Source: a virus (taxonomy: Duplodnaviria > Heunggongvirae > Uroviricota > Caudoviricetes). Taken from it: 32,999 nt of DNA. Positions 25,673 through 32,999 of this stretch are shown here, in pieces; within the stretch, counting starts at the first letter, position 1; every line of letters starts with the position of its first letter. The position numbers and the translations under genes were made by a program. The notes beneath the pieces are model-generated. The model worked only from the letters and a program-made list of their open reading frames with translations. It did not search any database and had not been told where the DNA came from. The DNA is taken from the IMG/VR virus record IMGVR_UViG_2703718851_000003. One strand, written 5' to 3'.

Positions 25673-25980
25673 GATTTGCTCCTTATGCCCATAGTGTGCA
25701 AACGGTATGTCTGCTCCAACACTATGGTTCGCCCTCATAAGGATGAGATTGAACAGCACTAGCCCCCTGCTCCACGAACCCTTGGTCGCCCAAAGGGTTC
25801 GAATACCCATACGCCATACCTCCTGATCCTGTGACTCCTGTCGCTGGCAGGGGCGTTGCGCGGGGTAAGTGTTAGAAAGCGTTAACTTTCCACGGGTAAA
25901 AATACCCAATTGATGGCGATATATCTCACTAACTAACCAATGTTTGCATCATAACAAGTAAACCGTTGTATTTGCTCCCC
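25673..25980 (-). ncRNA. Candidate structured non-coding RNA / leader of the RT operon (possible retron msr-msd-like or DRT-type template RNA)
   Basis: Series of stem-loops on the minus strand: GGGTA-TTTT-TACCC, GAAAG-TTAACG-CTTTC, an 8-bp stem at 25776..25800, and a composite 7+8-bp hairpin at 25681..25742. 12-bp inverted repeat GGTTTACTTGTT (25964..25953) / AACAAGTCAAACC (25633..25621). No protein-coding potential seen. Confidence 0.35.
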
Positions 25981-26008
25981 CTGTATATGATATTTTTTCA
26001 TATAAAAC

Positions 26009-26037
26009 AAATATATAGTAACTTAAAGGCATATCAA
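26009..26037 (-). promoter_or_regulatory. Candidate sigma70 promoter for the RT module, about 45 nt downstream of the A stop
   Basis: Minus strand TTGATA (-35, 26037..26032), 16-17 nt spacer, TATATT (-10) in an AT-rich block. Confidence 0.35.
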
Positions 26038-26080
26038 TGCGACATGGATATGCTTTCATTGCATTGAATTTTAAAGTGTT

Positions 26081-28375
26081 TTACATGAAAAATGACACTT
26101 CATCTTGAAATCCGAACCACTCATTAGTAACCATATACGTGAATTTTTTCCCGTCATAATTTACGGTTGCCCCACGCGCCAGCGCCTCAATCTCCCATCG
26201 CTGAGGCCTGATACCGTTCTGAGCAAGGTCAACGCGGATACGGGTAATTTGCATTCGTTCCGACCGGGTCAGTCTGGCCGATGGCGCTATTTCATGTGGT
26301 TTTAACGGGCTTCCGTTTCTTTGCTGGCGATTTGGTCTTCTCAGTCCGTGTTTTAATGCACCCCTGAGCGCCCTCACAACCTCCGGGTCATTCCATTCGA
26401 TAACACCGTCATCTACCAGATTAAGCACTGCTGCGGCGTGTTCAGAAGGTGTGGGAGCCGGTAACGAAGCATCACTGCTGGCAGGCTTTCCACAGTTATT
26501 GACAGGACTCCGAGGCGCGGCGATGCCGCTTTTTAAAGTCAAAGGCTCAACGACCGGCACTTTCGGCACAATGCGCCAGTCCGTGGTTCTGGTGATATGA
26601 ATATGACGCGCGCCGAGATGCGGCGCGTAAATGCCGACCACTCTCTCGACTTCTTCCTCGTACTCGTTAACGTCATCCGACGGGCTACGGGCGACCCTGA
26701 CAGTCTGACAATCGCGCGGAACATTTGCCCCACCCTGCGCGCTGATATACAACGCAAAATCACCACTGTCTGCGGCGGCGCGTGCAGCCTCGACGCGCTC
26801 GTCAAACTCATCAGCAATGCTGACGCCGCGAGGCAATTTGCGTAGTTCACGGTAAGCCCCCATTGTCGGCAGGCCAACCGTTTTAAATTGCGGGATGCGC
26901 CACGTTGACGCCCATGCGGTAACAGCCGCCGCTGTGTCTTTCAGCGGCCTGCCGGTATCGTTATCGAGCTGACCATCCAGTGCATAGCCGTCGATGTTTT
27001 TTGAGATGTATTTCGCGATATACCCCGCAGCACCGCCCCGGTTAAGGTGTTTCGCCTGAAAACGGTTTCGCGCGGCTCCTCTTTCGTCGCCATCCTCTTT
27101 GAGCGCGTAGCGACGCATGATTTCGATAATCTGGTTACGCTGGCGCGGATTACAAAAAAGCATCATATGCCAGTGCGGCGTTCCGTCGTGGTGTGGCTCG
27201 ACGACACGCAAACCGTAGACCTGTAAATCATTATCCTTGAATGCCGTGCGCATCAGGCTCCAGATACGGCAGAGATAACGCTGCGCATCCTTTGGATTAA
27301 ATGCCTCATCGTTCCAGCCGTGATTAAGCTGCACGGTTTTACTTTCGCCTTTTCCGACCTGACGTGTCGGGTGATACTTTGACGGCGCGGTCAGCGTGAT
27401 AAACATCCCCACATCACCCTCTGCGGCGGCGTAACGCTCAATACCGGCAATGGTGTTCATCAGCTCCATCCGGCGAATTTCAGGATTAGAAATACTGCCC
27501 ATCACCTTACTGATAAGGTCGATGCGCTCGCCGGTTTCCCTGTTTTCGAGGTCACACGATTTAAGAAATTCCAGATTTGCCTGGCGGCGCGCACGCACAT
27601 CACGAATGGCATGTTTACTGGCATAAGGAGAACGGTCTTTATTGACCTCCCCGACAGCTATCAGTAACGCCTCATGCCAGCGCATACGCTGGCCTTTAAG
27701 CTGATGAGTCCACCACTCATCGTTAAACAGGCGGGCAATGGCAGAATATGCCTGCCTCGTGGTCATCTGTCCTTTACGGTATTTTTTCCAGTAGAGAGGG
27801 GAAATATTGAAAGCACGTGCAGCGCCAGCAACATGACCATACAGGTGAGCCTGCGCCTCATCCGTAAACAGCGATTCTTTTTCGCCATGCGCATCCACCC
27901 AGGCATCGCTGAGTTCCTCATACATCATGAAAAGCTGCGATGAGATACGGGCGGCAAACTTTTTCAGCTCCTTGTCATTCATTCCCGGCAGGCGCGCATA
28001 GTGGTCACGCTCTGCCAGAAACAGCAACGACGCGTCGGTGTTCATTTCATGGCGCTGATTCACACGCTCAATGCGCGGCCATAAACGACGCTGAAAAGTG
28101 GATGTGAGGAAATAAAACCCGTGCACCGGGCTTTTATTGCGCCGGATGTAGTCATAGCGTGAAGTAAACAGCGAGCGCAAAAAGTAAGGCAGGCGGTTAA
28201 TCGTGGATAAAACACCTTGCACCTGACGCATCTCGTCACGTGTAAGGGGTCTTTCGCGCCCGACGGCCTCGCGTGGCGCGTTCCATGCATAAGCACCGGT
28301 AAACGCCTTACCGGTGCCTGCAGCAAATGCTGACGGAGGTACGCAGGTGTATTGCTCCTGGAAAGAATGACTCAT
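26081..28375 (-). CDS. A: Rolling-circle replication initiator A
   Basis: 764-aa ORF (P2 gpA is about 761 aa as I recall); last gene of the early operon; ATGA overlap with the upstream PP-loop gene. Confidence 0.9.
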   Translation of the reverse strand: MSHSFQEQYTCVPPSAFAAGTGKAFTGAYAWNAPREAVGRERPLTRDEMRQVQGVLSTINRLPYFLRSLFTSRYDYIRRNKSPVHGFYFLTSTFQRRLWPRIERVNQRHEMNTDASLLFLAERDHYARLPGMNDKELKKFAARISSQLFMMYEELSDAWVDAHGEKESLFTDEAQAHLYGHVAGAARAFNISPLYWKKYRKGQMTTRQAYSAIARLFNDEWWTHQLKGQRMRWHEALLIAVGEVNKDRSPYASKHAIRDVRARRQANLEFLKSCDLENRETGERIDLISKVMGSISNPEIRRMELMNTIAGIERYAAAEGDVGMFITLTAPSKYHPTRQVGKGESKTVQLNHGWNDEAFNPKDAQRYLCRIWSLMRTAFKDNDLQVYGLRVVEPHHDGTPHWHMMLFCNPRQRNQIIEIMRRYALKEDGDERGAARNRFQAKHLNRGGAAGYIAKYISKNIDGYALDGQLDNDTGRPLKDTAAAVTAWASTWRIPQFKTVGLPTMGAYRELRKLPRGVSIADEFDERVEAARAAADSGDFALYISAQGGANVPRDCQTVRVARSPSDDVNEYEEEVERVVGIYAPHLGARHIHITRTTDWRIVPKVPVVEPLTLKSGIAAPRSPVNNCGKPASSDASLPAPTPSEHAAAVLNLVDDGVIEWNDPEVVRALRGALKHGLRRPNRQQRNGSPLKPHEIAPSARLTRSERMQITRIRVDLAQNGIRPQRWEIEALARGATVNYDGKKFTYMVTNEWFGFQDEVSFFM

Positions 28376-29379
28376 TCACATACACCGGCATAGACACTAC
28401 TGCAAACTGACTTATCATTCACCGAAGCCAGCAAATCAAACTGTGCCCCGCCACGCGTGGTCATCGCCCAGTCACGATAAGACTCAATTCCGTAAGCATC
28501 GACAGTAATAATATCAATGCGGCGTTCCGCACGACGCGGGTCATGAGTTGACGGGAAGAAAGTAGAATTTCCGCGTCTGGAGCATGCGGCGACAAGTCGC
28601 TCCCATTCCGCAACACGCTTAACCTCTTCCGGCCAGCGACTAAAAATTTCAGCTAATTCAGACTTTCTGGCGTGGATGCAGGGCATACAACCGACACGAC
28701 TGCATCCCTGCTGGTATAACGGATTAGGTTTAATTCCATGACGTCTTGCAAATGCAAATACCTCCTCATGCGTCCAGTTCAGAATAGGACGGTATACATG
28801 GAGCCCGGGCGTATTGTCCGCATCCTCTTCCCAGGCAGGCAGACCCGCGCGCGCAGGAGACTCCTGAGCGCGAACCCCCTGCCAGCTAATTACCTCATCA
28901 AACTCATTAAGCGCAGGTAACACGACCTGAGTACGTACTGGCTCATGTTTAAGGTCAAAAGTGCAAAATCTGGCTTTAGTGGAAGGAAATCGCCCTTTCC
29001 ACATGCACAAATCAAGAAATGGGATACCAGTAGGCTTGAGAATTTCCAGCGCACAATTGATGCGCTCTGCCGCTTCCCCCGGAGACATTCCGCACTCTTC
29101 AACCAAAGAAACAGGCCATTTCTCAGCAATAAACTTGCGCTTACCTTCAATCTGTCGGGAGAAGTCAGCTTTAACCCGTTTAACCGGCCCGAGTCGGTTC
29201 TCCAGATAATCGAGATACTCCATTGTCTGCGGATGCTCATGCCCGGTGTCTGCAAAAACCGGCAAAAAATGCACACCGCTTTCAATACCAACAAGCCATT
29301 GAGCAAGGCTATCCTTTCCGCCAGAAACAGAAATAATATTGATAGAGCTTTCAGCTCGGCAGCGGGTATCAACTATCAT
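28372..29379 (-). CDS. PAPS-reductase / PP-loop ATP-pyrophosphatase family protein (DndC-like fold), function in phage unknown
   Basis: 335-aa ORF; N-terminal ISVSGGKDS (SGGxDS PP-loop signature); C-terminal cysteine cluster CSRVGCMPC; translationally coupled to A. Confidence 0.8.
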   Translation of the reverse strand: MIVDTRCRAESSINIISVSGGKDSLAQWLVGIESGVHFLPVFADTGHEHPQTMEYLDYLENRLGPVKRVKADFSRQIEGKRKFIAEKWPVSLVEECGMSPGEAAERINCALEILKPTGIPFLDLCMWKGRFPSTKARFCTFDLKHEPVRTQVVLPALNEFDEVISWQGVRAQESPARAGLPAWEEDADNTPGLHVYRPILNWTHEEVFAFARRHGIKPNPLYQQGCSRVGCMPCIHARKSELAEIFSRWPEEVKRVAEWERLVAACSRRGNSTFFPSTHDPRRAERRIDIITVDAYGIESYRDWAMTTRGGAQFDLLASVNDKSVCSSVYAGVCE

Positions 29380-29657
29380 TTAGATTTCCCCGCACAGAGA
29401 AACGCAGTCAGACACTGCTGACCGAGCTGCTCAACCTGAGAGCTCAGCGCCTCAAAAGAGACAGCGTTACCGCTCAAAATATCGTGATGGATCAGACCGG
29501 AAACGAGCTGGTTTAATTTGGGGTAATAGCCGACAACATCCAGCCACTCTTTACCGGCATTCTTCCCGGTTTCAGCGATCTTTCTCTCCTGCAAAATGAA
29601 CTGAAAACGGTCATTTGTGACGACATAACGCTCGCCAATCTCGATACGAATGCTCAT
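29376..29657 (-). CDS. Hypothetical early-operon protein (93 aa)
   Basis: ATG start; ATGA overlaps with both neighbours. Confidence 0.6.
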   Translation of the reverse strand: MSIRIEIGERYVVTNDRFQFILQERKIAETGKNAGKEWLDVVGYYPKLNQLVSGLIHHDILSGNAVSFEALSSQVEQLGQQCLTAFLCAGKSK

Positions 29658-29878
29658 GCCATTCTCCGGTAATGCTTGTTTTTTGCTTCAAAGACTGACT
29701 GGCAGGAAACACAACGCGTGGCTGACGGATAAGCCGCACGACGGGCAGCAGGTATTGGCGCGTCACACTCTTCGCAAACCAGCGCAGAAGCACCGCAATG
29801 TTTTACCCTTGCCGCGTTAATCTGGCGCTCCAGTAATTCAGCCTGTTGTTCCTGAATAAAATCTACGTTGTCCGGCAT
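29654..29878 (-). CDS. DksA/TraR-family C4 zinc-finger protein (P2 orf82-like)
   Basis: 74-aa ORF with CEEC ... CVSC (Cys-x2-Cys-x17-Cys-x2-Cys) motif. Confidence 0.75.
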   Translation of the reverse strand: MPDNVDFIQEQQAELLERQINAARVKHCGASALVCEECDAPIPAARRAAYPSATRCVSCQSVFEAKNKHYRRMA

Positions 29879-29880
29879 TA

Positions 29881-30180
29881 TCAGCTCCTTTTATCGTTAA
29901 GTTTCCTGGATACATCAGCGCAATAACTGGCAAGTTCTGTCGTTAATTTTGTCAGTTCATCCACGGAGGAAATTTGCTTGTGGAATACAGCGCGTTTAAC
30001 AAGTAAATTGACCACATCAGACAGGAGGTTTAATTCATTCTGATAAATCGCGATAACAGATTCAGTTATGTCGCGTTTTTCTTTATCAAGACAAAGTTGA
30101 ATAAGAGACAAATCGCCATTTTTCATAACGGCGATTTTTAAGGCGTTATTCAGTAATACAACTGAATGAGAACAGGACAT
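29881..30180 (-). CDS. Hypothetical early-operon protein (99 aa from ATG; track ORF begins with an upstream TTG)
   Basis: ATG at 30180 overlaps the stop of the upstream 74-aa ORF. Confidence 0.55.
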   Translation of the reverse strand: MSCSHSVVLLNNALKIAVMKNGDLSLIQLCLDKEKRDITESVIAIYQNELNLLSDVVNLLVKRAVFHKQISSVDELTKLTTELASYCADVSRKLNDKRS

Positions 30181-30404
30181 CAAAGTACCTCCCCGCGAGA
30201 CAATCCGATATTGTGAAATTTTTCCGACTCCTGACTGAGCAGCTCGACTATCTCCACGCGGGATAACTCCGCCTTTGTGATATGGCGAATCATGGCGTCA
30301 AGATGAGAAGAAAAGCGCGTCGCAGCGTCGGCCTGTGCTTCGGTTCTGGCCTGTTGCAGCAGTAATGCGTATTTACCGCACTGATTTTCAGAAACTGTAT
30401 GCAT
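30180..30404 (-). CDS. Hypothetical early-operon protein (74 aa)
   Basis: ATG start; downstream of B in the same operon. Confidence 0.55.
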   Translation of the reverse strand: MHTVSENQCGKYALLLQQARTEAQADAATRFSSHLDAMIRHITKAELSRVEIVELLSQESEKFHNIGLSRGEVL

Positions 30405-30467
30405 GACTTTCTCCAGGCAAAAAGAAGCCCCGCACGATTAAGTGCGTTAAAAACTCTGGTTAATTAC

Positions 30468-30968
30468 TTAATGCAGATATTGCTCTGGTTTTACCGACGT
30501 CAGAATTGTCGGTGCATACTCAAACAGACTGAATAATTCACGTAATGCACGGAATAAAGCATCACGCCAGTAACATGATTCTTCATTAATTCGCCAGTAT
30601 GGCTGGTTAAATTCTTTTTCTGTCAGTCGTGCGTGCATAAATAAAGTGCGACGCTGACTGACTGTTAAAAAACTAATATATGCATACTCACTTGCGCCAA
30701 CCTGACGGCGTTTTGAGAATGCGCCACGCAATTCATCAATTGCACATACCAGTCGTTCACGTTCGACGTCGTTCATTTCTTCAAAACGCATCGTTGCGTG
30801 ACGCTGTTTTAACTGCGCATGAAAGCAAACCGTTAGCCGTTCACGTTCCATCATCTGATTATAATAATCGCATGTCTCCTGCCAGCGAGGGACGGCCAGA
30901 TGCTTACCAATTATCCGGCGCATAGTTGCTGGCTGTTTTTCAACGAGATTGAGCGTCATCACTGTCAT
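30468..30968 (-). CDS. B: Replication protein B (helicase-loader-like, lagging-strand synthesis)
   Basis: Track ORF trimmed to the ATG at 30968 (GGAGGG Shine-Dalgarno at 7-nt spacing), giving 166 aa, the P2 gpB length. Confidence 0.85.
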   Translation of the reverse strand: MTVMTLNLVEKQPATMRRIIGKHLAVPRWQETCDYYNQMMERERLTVCFHAQLKQRHATMRFEEMNDVERERLVCAIDELRGAFSKRRQVGASEYAYISFLTVSQRRTLFMHARLTEKEFNQPYWRINEESCYWRDALFRALRELFSLFEYAPTILTSVKPEQYLH

Positions 30969-31135
30969 TTCCATACCCTCCGGCTTTTCAGAAAAGTCAG
31001 AGCCTTTTTTAACGGACTCTGTTTTTTGGTGCGGATAATGATTCCCTTGCGTCCCTTCCCGTGGGTGATGGTAAAGTCAATCGCCCTGGGGCTTTCGTTA
31101 CGCAATAACTGAGCAATACAACGAGGCTCGTTCAT
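30965..31135 (-). CDS. Small early protein between cox and B (P2 orf78 position); start uncertain
   Basis: ATG at 31135 has an AAGGTGG Shine-Dalgarno and lies 10 nt after the cox stop; longer in-frame starts would overlap cox by 20-56 nt. Confidence 0.45.
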   Translation of the reverse strand: MNEPRCIAQLLRNESPRAIDFTITHGKGRKGIIIRTKKQSPLKKALTFLKSRRVWK

Positions 31136-31145
31136 CCTTTCCACC

Positions 31146-31517
31146 TTAAGCCGCACGGCCATGTCTTGATTTGCTGTAACTAATGCGATTTTTCCAGTCA
31201 TGCCATTCTGTCGGAGCTTCATCAACCAGTTGGGCTGCGTACTTGTCCCACTCACGGCGATTAATCCATAATTCAGCTTTCCCTCTTGGTTTTAATGGGT
31301 CTGTCATGTAGAAGGCTGGCAGCTTTCCTGCTTTAGCCATTTCAGCCACCGCGCGTGGTGTCTTACCGATGTAAAGAGCAAAACCTTCTTTCGACAGCAA
31401 ATCAGATGGGCGCTCTGAAATCTGAATGCTTTTACGTTTGGCTTCATTTTCGAAACTTGCCTCATCGCTAGTTGGACAAGAAATTTCTACATTTGTCGTC
31501 ACTTTGCTATCCTCCAT
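31146..31517 (-). CDS. cox: Cox-like excisionase / transcriptional regulator (start uncertain)
   Basis: First gene of the early operon, divergent from C; segment ...GKLPAFYMTDP... resembles my recollection of P2 Cox. The first ATG has no Shine-Dalgarno; a GTG five codons in has GGAGG. Confidence 0.7.
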   Translation of the reverse strand: MEDSKVTTNVEISCPTSDEASFENEAKRKSIQISERPSDLLSKEGFALYIGKTPRAVAEMAKAGKLPAFYMTDPLKPRGKAELWINRREWDKYAAQLVDEAPTEWHDWKNRISYSKSRHGRAA

Positions 31518-31610
31518 AAGATTTGCGATTCACCAACTGGAGCCATCTAGAGCCTTTTTGAGTGAATCACAAATTGCCAAGTAGCAATATAATTGGAGAT
31601 TAGCAAAATT
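31518..31610. promoter_or_regulatory. Divergent immunity-switch region (expected Pe/Pc promoters and operators) between cox and C
   Basis: 93-nt intergenic spacer; perfect TATAAT at 31588..31593 on the plus strand about 18 nt before the C start; 7-bp inverted repeat GATTCAC (31527..31533) / GTGAATC (31563..31569). Confidence 0.5.
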
Positions 31611-31910
31611 ATGTCAAGTGAACAAAGTGAGAAACTAAAGCTCATCCGTGAATCCGAACGCCTTAAAACCAAGGAACTTGCTGAATTAATTGGAATTAAT
31701 TACTACACATATCATGGATATGAATCAGGAAAATCAAAAATGCCTATGGAAGCAGGTATGAAGCTGTTTAAGCATCCACGCTTTCGCAAGTATCGTGACT
31801 GGTTCATGTTTGATGAAACAGATCCAGCAGCTGGACAAATAGCCCCGGCTCTCGCACACATTGGGCAAGACTCAACAACCTTGCACCACTCAGACCAGAA
31901 GACTGGCTGA
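31611..31910 (+). CDS. C: Immunity repressor C
   Basis: 99 aa from the ATG at 31611 (track ORF starts at an upstream TTG); C-terminus ...AGQIAPALAHIGQ...KTG resembles P2 C as I recall; length as P2 C. Confidence 0.85.
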   Translation: MSSEQSEKLKLIRESERLKTKELAELIGINYYTYHGYESGKSKMPMEAGMKLFKHPRFRKYRDWFMFDETDPAAGQIAPALAHIGQDSTTLHHSDQKTG

Positions 31911-32003
31911 CGATTTATTCAGCATATGTGTGTAGTAAATGTACGAAAGAAAATTGCATTAATTTTCAAGTAGTAGAAGTAAACAGCGTCATCGGAGGGC
32001 TTT

Positions 32004-32999
32004 ATGTCTATTAAAAAGCTCGATGATGGTCGTTATGAAGTGGACGTCAGACCGCAGGGTGCAGATGGAAAACGTATCAGGCGGAAATTTAAAACTAAAG
32101 GTGAAGCTCAGGCATTCGAACGTCATGTACTGGTTAACTACCACAACAAAGAGTGGTTGGAGAAACCAGCCGACCGCCGAACTCTTACAGAGTTGTTAGG
32201 TAGATGGTGGATATATCACGGAAAATCACATGAGCGTGGAGATATTGAACGGGGGCGTTTAACGACAATAATCGCCAAATTTGCAGAAATGGGAGTGTCC
32301 AGAGCTGACCAGCTAACAAAGAAAACGATAACTGATTATCGCGTTGTAATGATGAACGATGGTCTAAAACCAGCCAGCGTAAATCGACATCTGGCAATAA
32401 TGAGCGGGATGTTCACCAAGTTAATTGACGCCGGTGAATACCACTCCCACAACCCGTTCCGTGAGATTAAACGGTTACGTGAAGCTGTTACGGAAATGGC
32501 TTTTTTGTCCAGTGAAGAGATTACGCGGCTGTTATCCATGCTTGATGGTGATGAATTAAATGCAACTCTGGTCTGCCTTTCTACTGGTGGACGCTGGAGT
32601 GAAGTGTCTAATTTAAAAGCTGAACACATCATTAACCAGATGGTTACGTTTATGAAAACTAAAAACGGAAAACGCAGAACAATTCCCGTTTCGCAGGACC
32701 TGATTAAACGGATCAAGACCAAAAATTCAGGCAGGCTTTTTAATGCCAGTTACTACAAAGTACGTAACGCTCTCAGGGAAGTAAAACCCGATTTACCTGA
32801 CGGACAAGCAGTACATGTTTTGAGGCATACATTTGCCACACATTTTATAATGAATGGAGGTAACATAATCACATTGCAGCGCATCCTGGGTCATTCTAAC
32901 ATTCAGCAAACTATGACCTACGCACACTTTGCACCGGATTTCTTACAAGATGCTGTGACTCTTAACCCGGTGTCAGGAATGTCCATAATGCGTCCATAA
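32004..32999 (+). CDS. int: Tyrosine integrase (P2 Int family)
   Basis: 331-aa ORF ending with TAA exactly at the window end; C-terminal catalytic region ...HVLRHTFATHF...ITLQRILGHSNIQQTMTYAHF... typical of tyrosine recombinases. Confidence 0.92.
   Translation: MSIKKLDDGRYEVDVRPQGADGKRIRRKFKTKGEAQAFERHVLVNYHNKEWLEKPADRRTLTELLGRWWIYHGKSHERGDIERGRLTTIIAKFAEMGVSRADQLTKKTITDYRVVMMNDGLKPASVNRHLAIMSGMFTKLIDAGEYHSHNPFREIKRLREAVTEMAFLSSEEITRLLSMLDGDELNATLVCLSTGGRWSEVSNLKAEHIINQMVTFMKTKNGKRRTIPVSQDLIKRIKTKNSGRLFNASYYKVRNALREVKPDLPDGQAVHVLRHTFATHFIMNGGNIITLQRILGHSNIQQTMTYAHFAPDFLQDAVTLNPVSGMSIMRP

Larger units (their letters stand above)
1..32999. mobile_element. P2-like prophage / phage genome, near-complete (ogr stop to int stop; att sites outside window)
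   Basis: Full P2 gene complement in P2 order with matching protein lengths; internal cos; integrase at one end, ogr at the other. Confidence 0.9.

Noticed and set aside
25517-25909. Full-length 130-aa version of the track ORF 25517..25909
   Set aside because: The upstream 79 codons run through the stem-loop leader with no ribosome-binding site; only the 51-aa portion from the AAGGAG-preceded ATG at 25672 looks translatable.
25674-25978. Direct repeat GGAGCAAAT at both ends of the structured leader (about 25978..25970 and 25682..25674), as a possible target-site duplication of an inserted element
   Set aside because: Only 9-11 nt, one copy is simply the ribosome-binding site of the small ORF; no transposase or terminal inverted repeats; probably coincidence.
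23167-26080. Search for old (ATPase/TOPRIM nuclease) or tin homologues
   Set aside because: No ORF of suitable length and no Walker-A-like motif seen in this region on either strand.
1-32999. Longest-ORF starts in the track for ogr, V, X, L, O, P, B, C and the 99-aa early ORF
   Set aside because: These extensions begin at TTG/GTG or at upstream ATGs without ribosome-binding sites and overlap neighbours; internal ATGs give the lengths I recall for P2 and were used instead.
1-32999. tRNA, rRNA, CRISPR arrays, IS elements
   Set aside because: No cloverleaf-like conserved tRNA features, no regularly spaced repeats and no transposase-like ORFs were seen anywhere in the window.

Overview
The window is essentially one complete P2-like (Peduovirus-type) temperate phage genome of an enterobacterial host, in prophage permutation. 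It starts at the stop codon of ogr and ends at the stop codon of int, with the cos site internal (about 23148-23166). Gene order and protein lengths match my recollection of coliphage P2 almost one-for-one (not verified by alignment): ogr-D-U-T-E/E'-FII-FI-[Z/fun locus]-G-H-I-J-W-V-[orf30 locus]-S-R-lysB/lysC-lysA-K-Y-X-L-M-N-O on the minus strand, then P-Q-cos, a variable cargo region, A-(small early ORFs)-B-orf78-cox on the minus strand, and C-int on the plus strand. Three visibly AT-rich accessory islands interrupt this backbone: the Z/fun locus (6930-7700), the orf30 locus (12941-13726) and the region between cos and A (about 23167-26080, the P2 tin/old position). The most interesting content is in that last region: instead of tin/old there is a short retron-like reverse transcriptase translationally coupled to an Xre-type HTH protein and a 51-aa protein, preceded by a roughly 300-nt leader full of stem-loops that may be a non-coding RNA. 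The same region also holds a convergent 145-aa orphan gene and a terminator-capped 33-aa hydrophobic peptide ORF. Whether the RT module is a known retron or DRT type or something new cannot be decided without profile searches. A PP-loop (PAPS-reductase-like) gene sits immediately upstream of A. No rRNA, tRNA, CRISPR array or IS element was seen. All coordinates I derived by eye (hairpins, cos, repeats, promoters) may be off by 1-2 nt.
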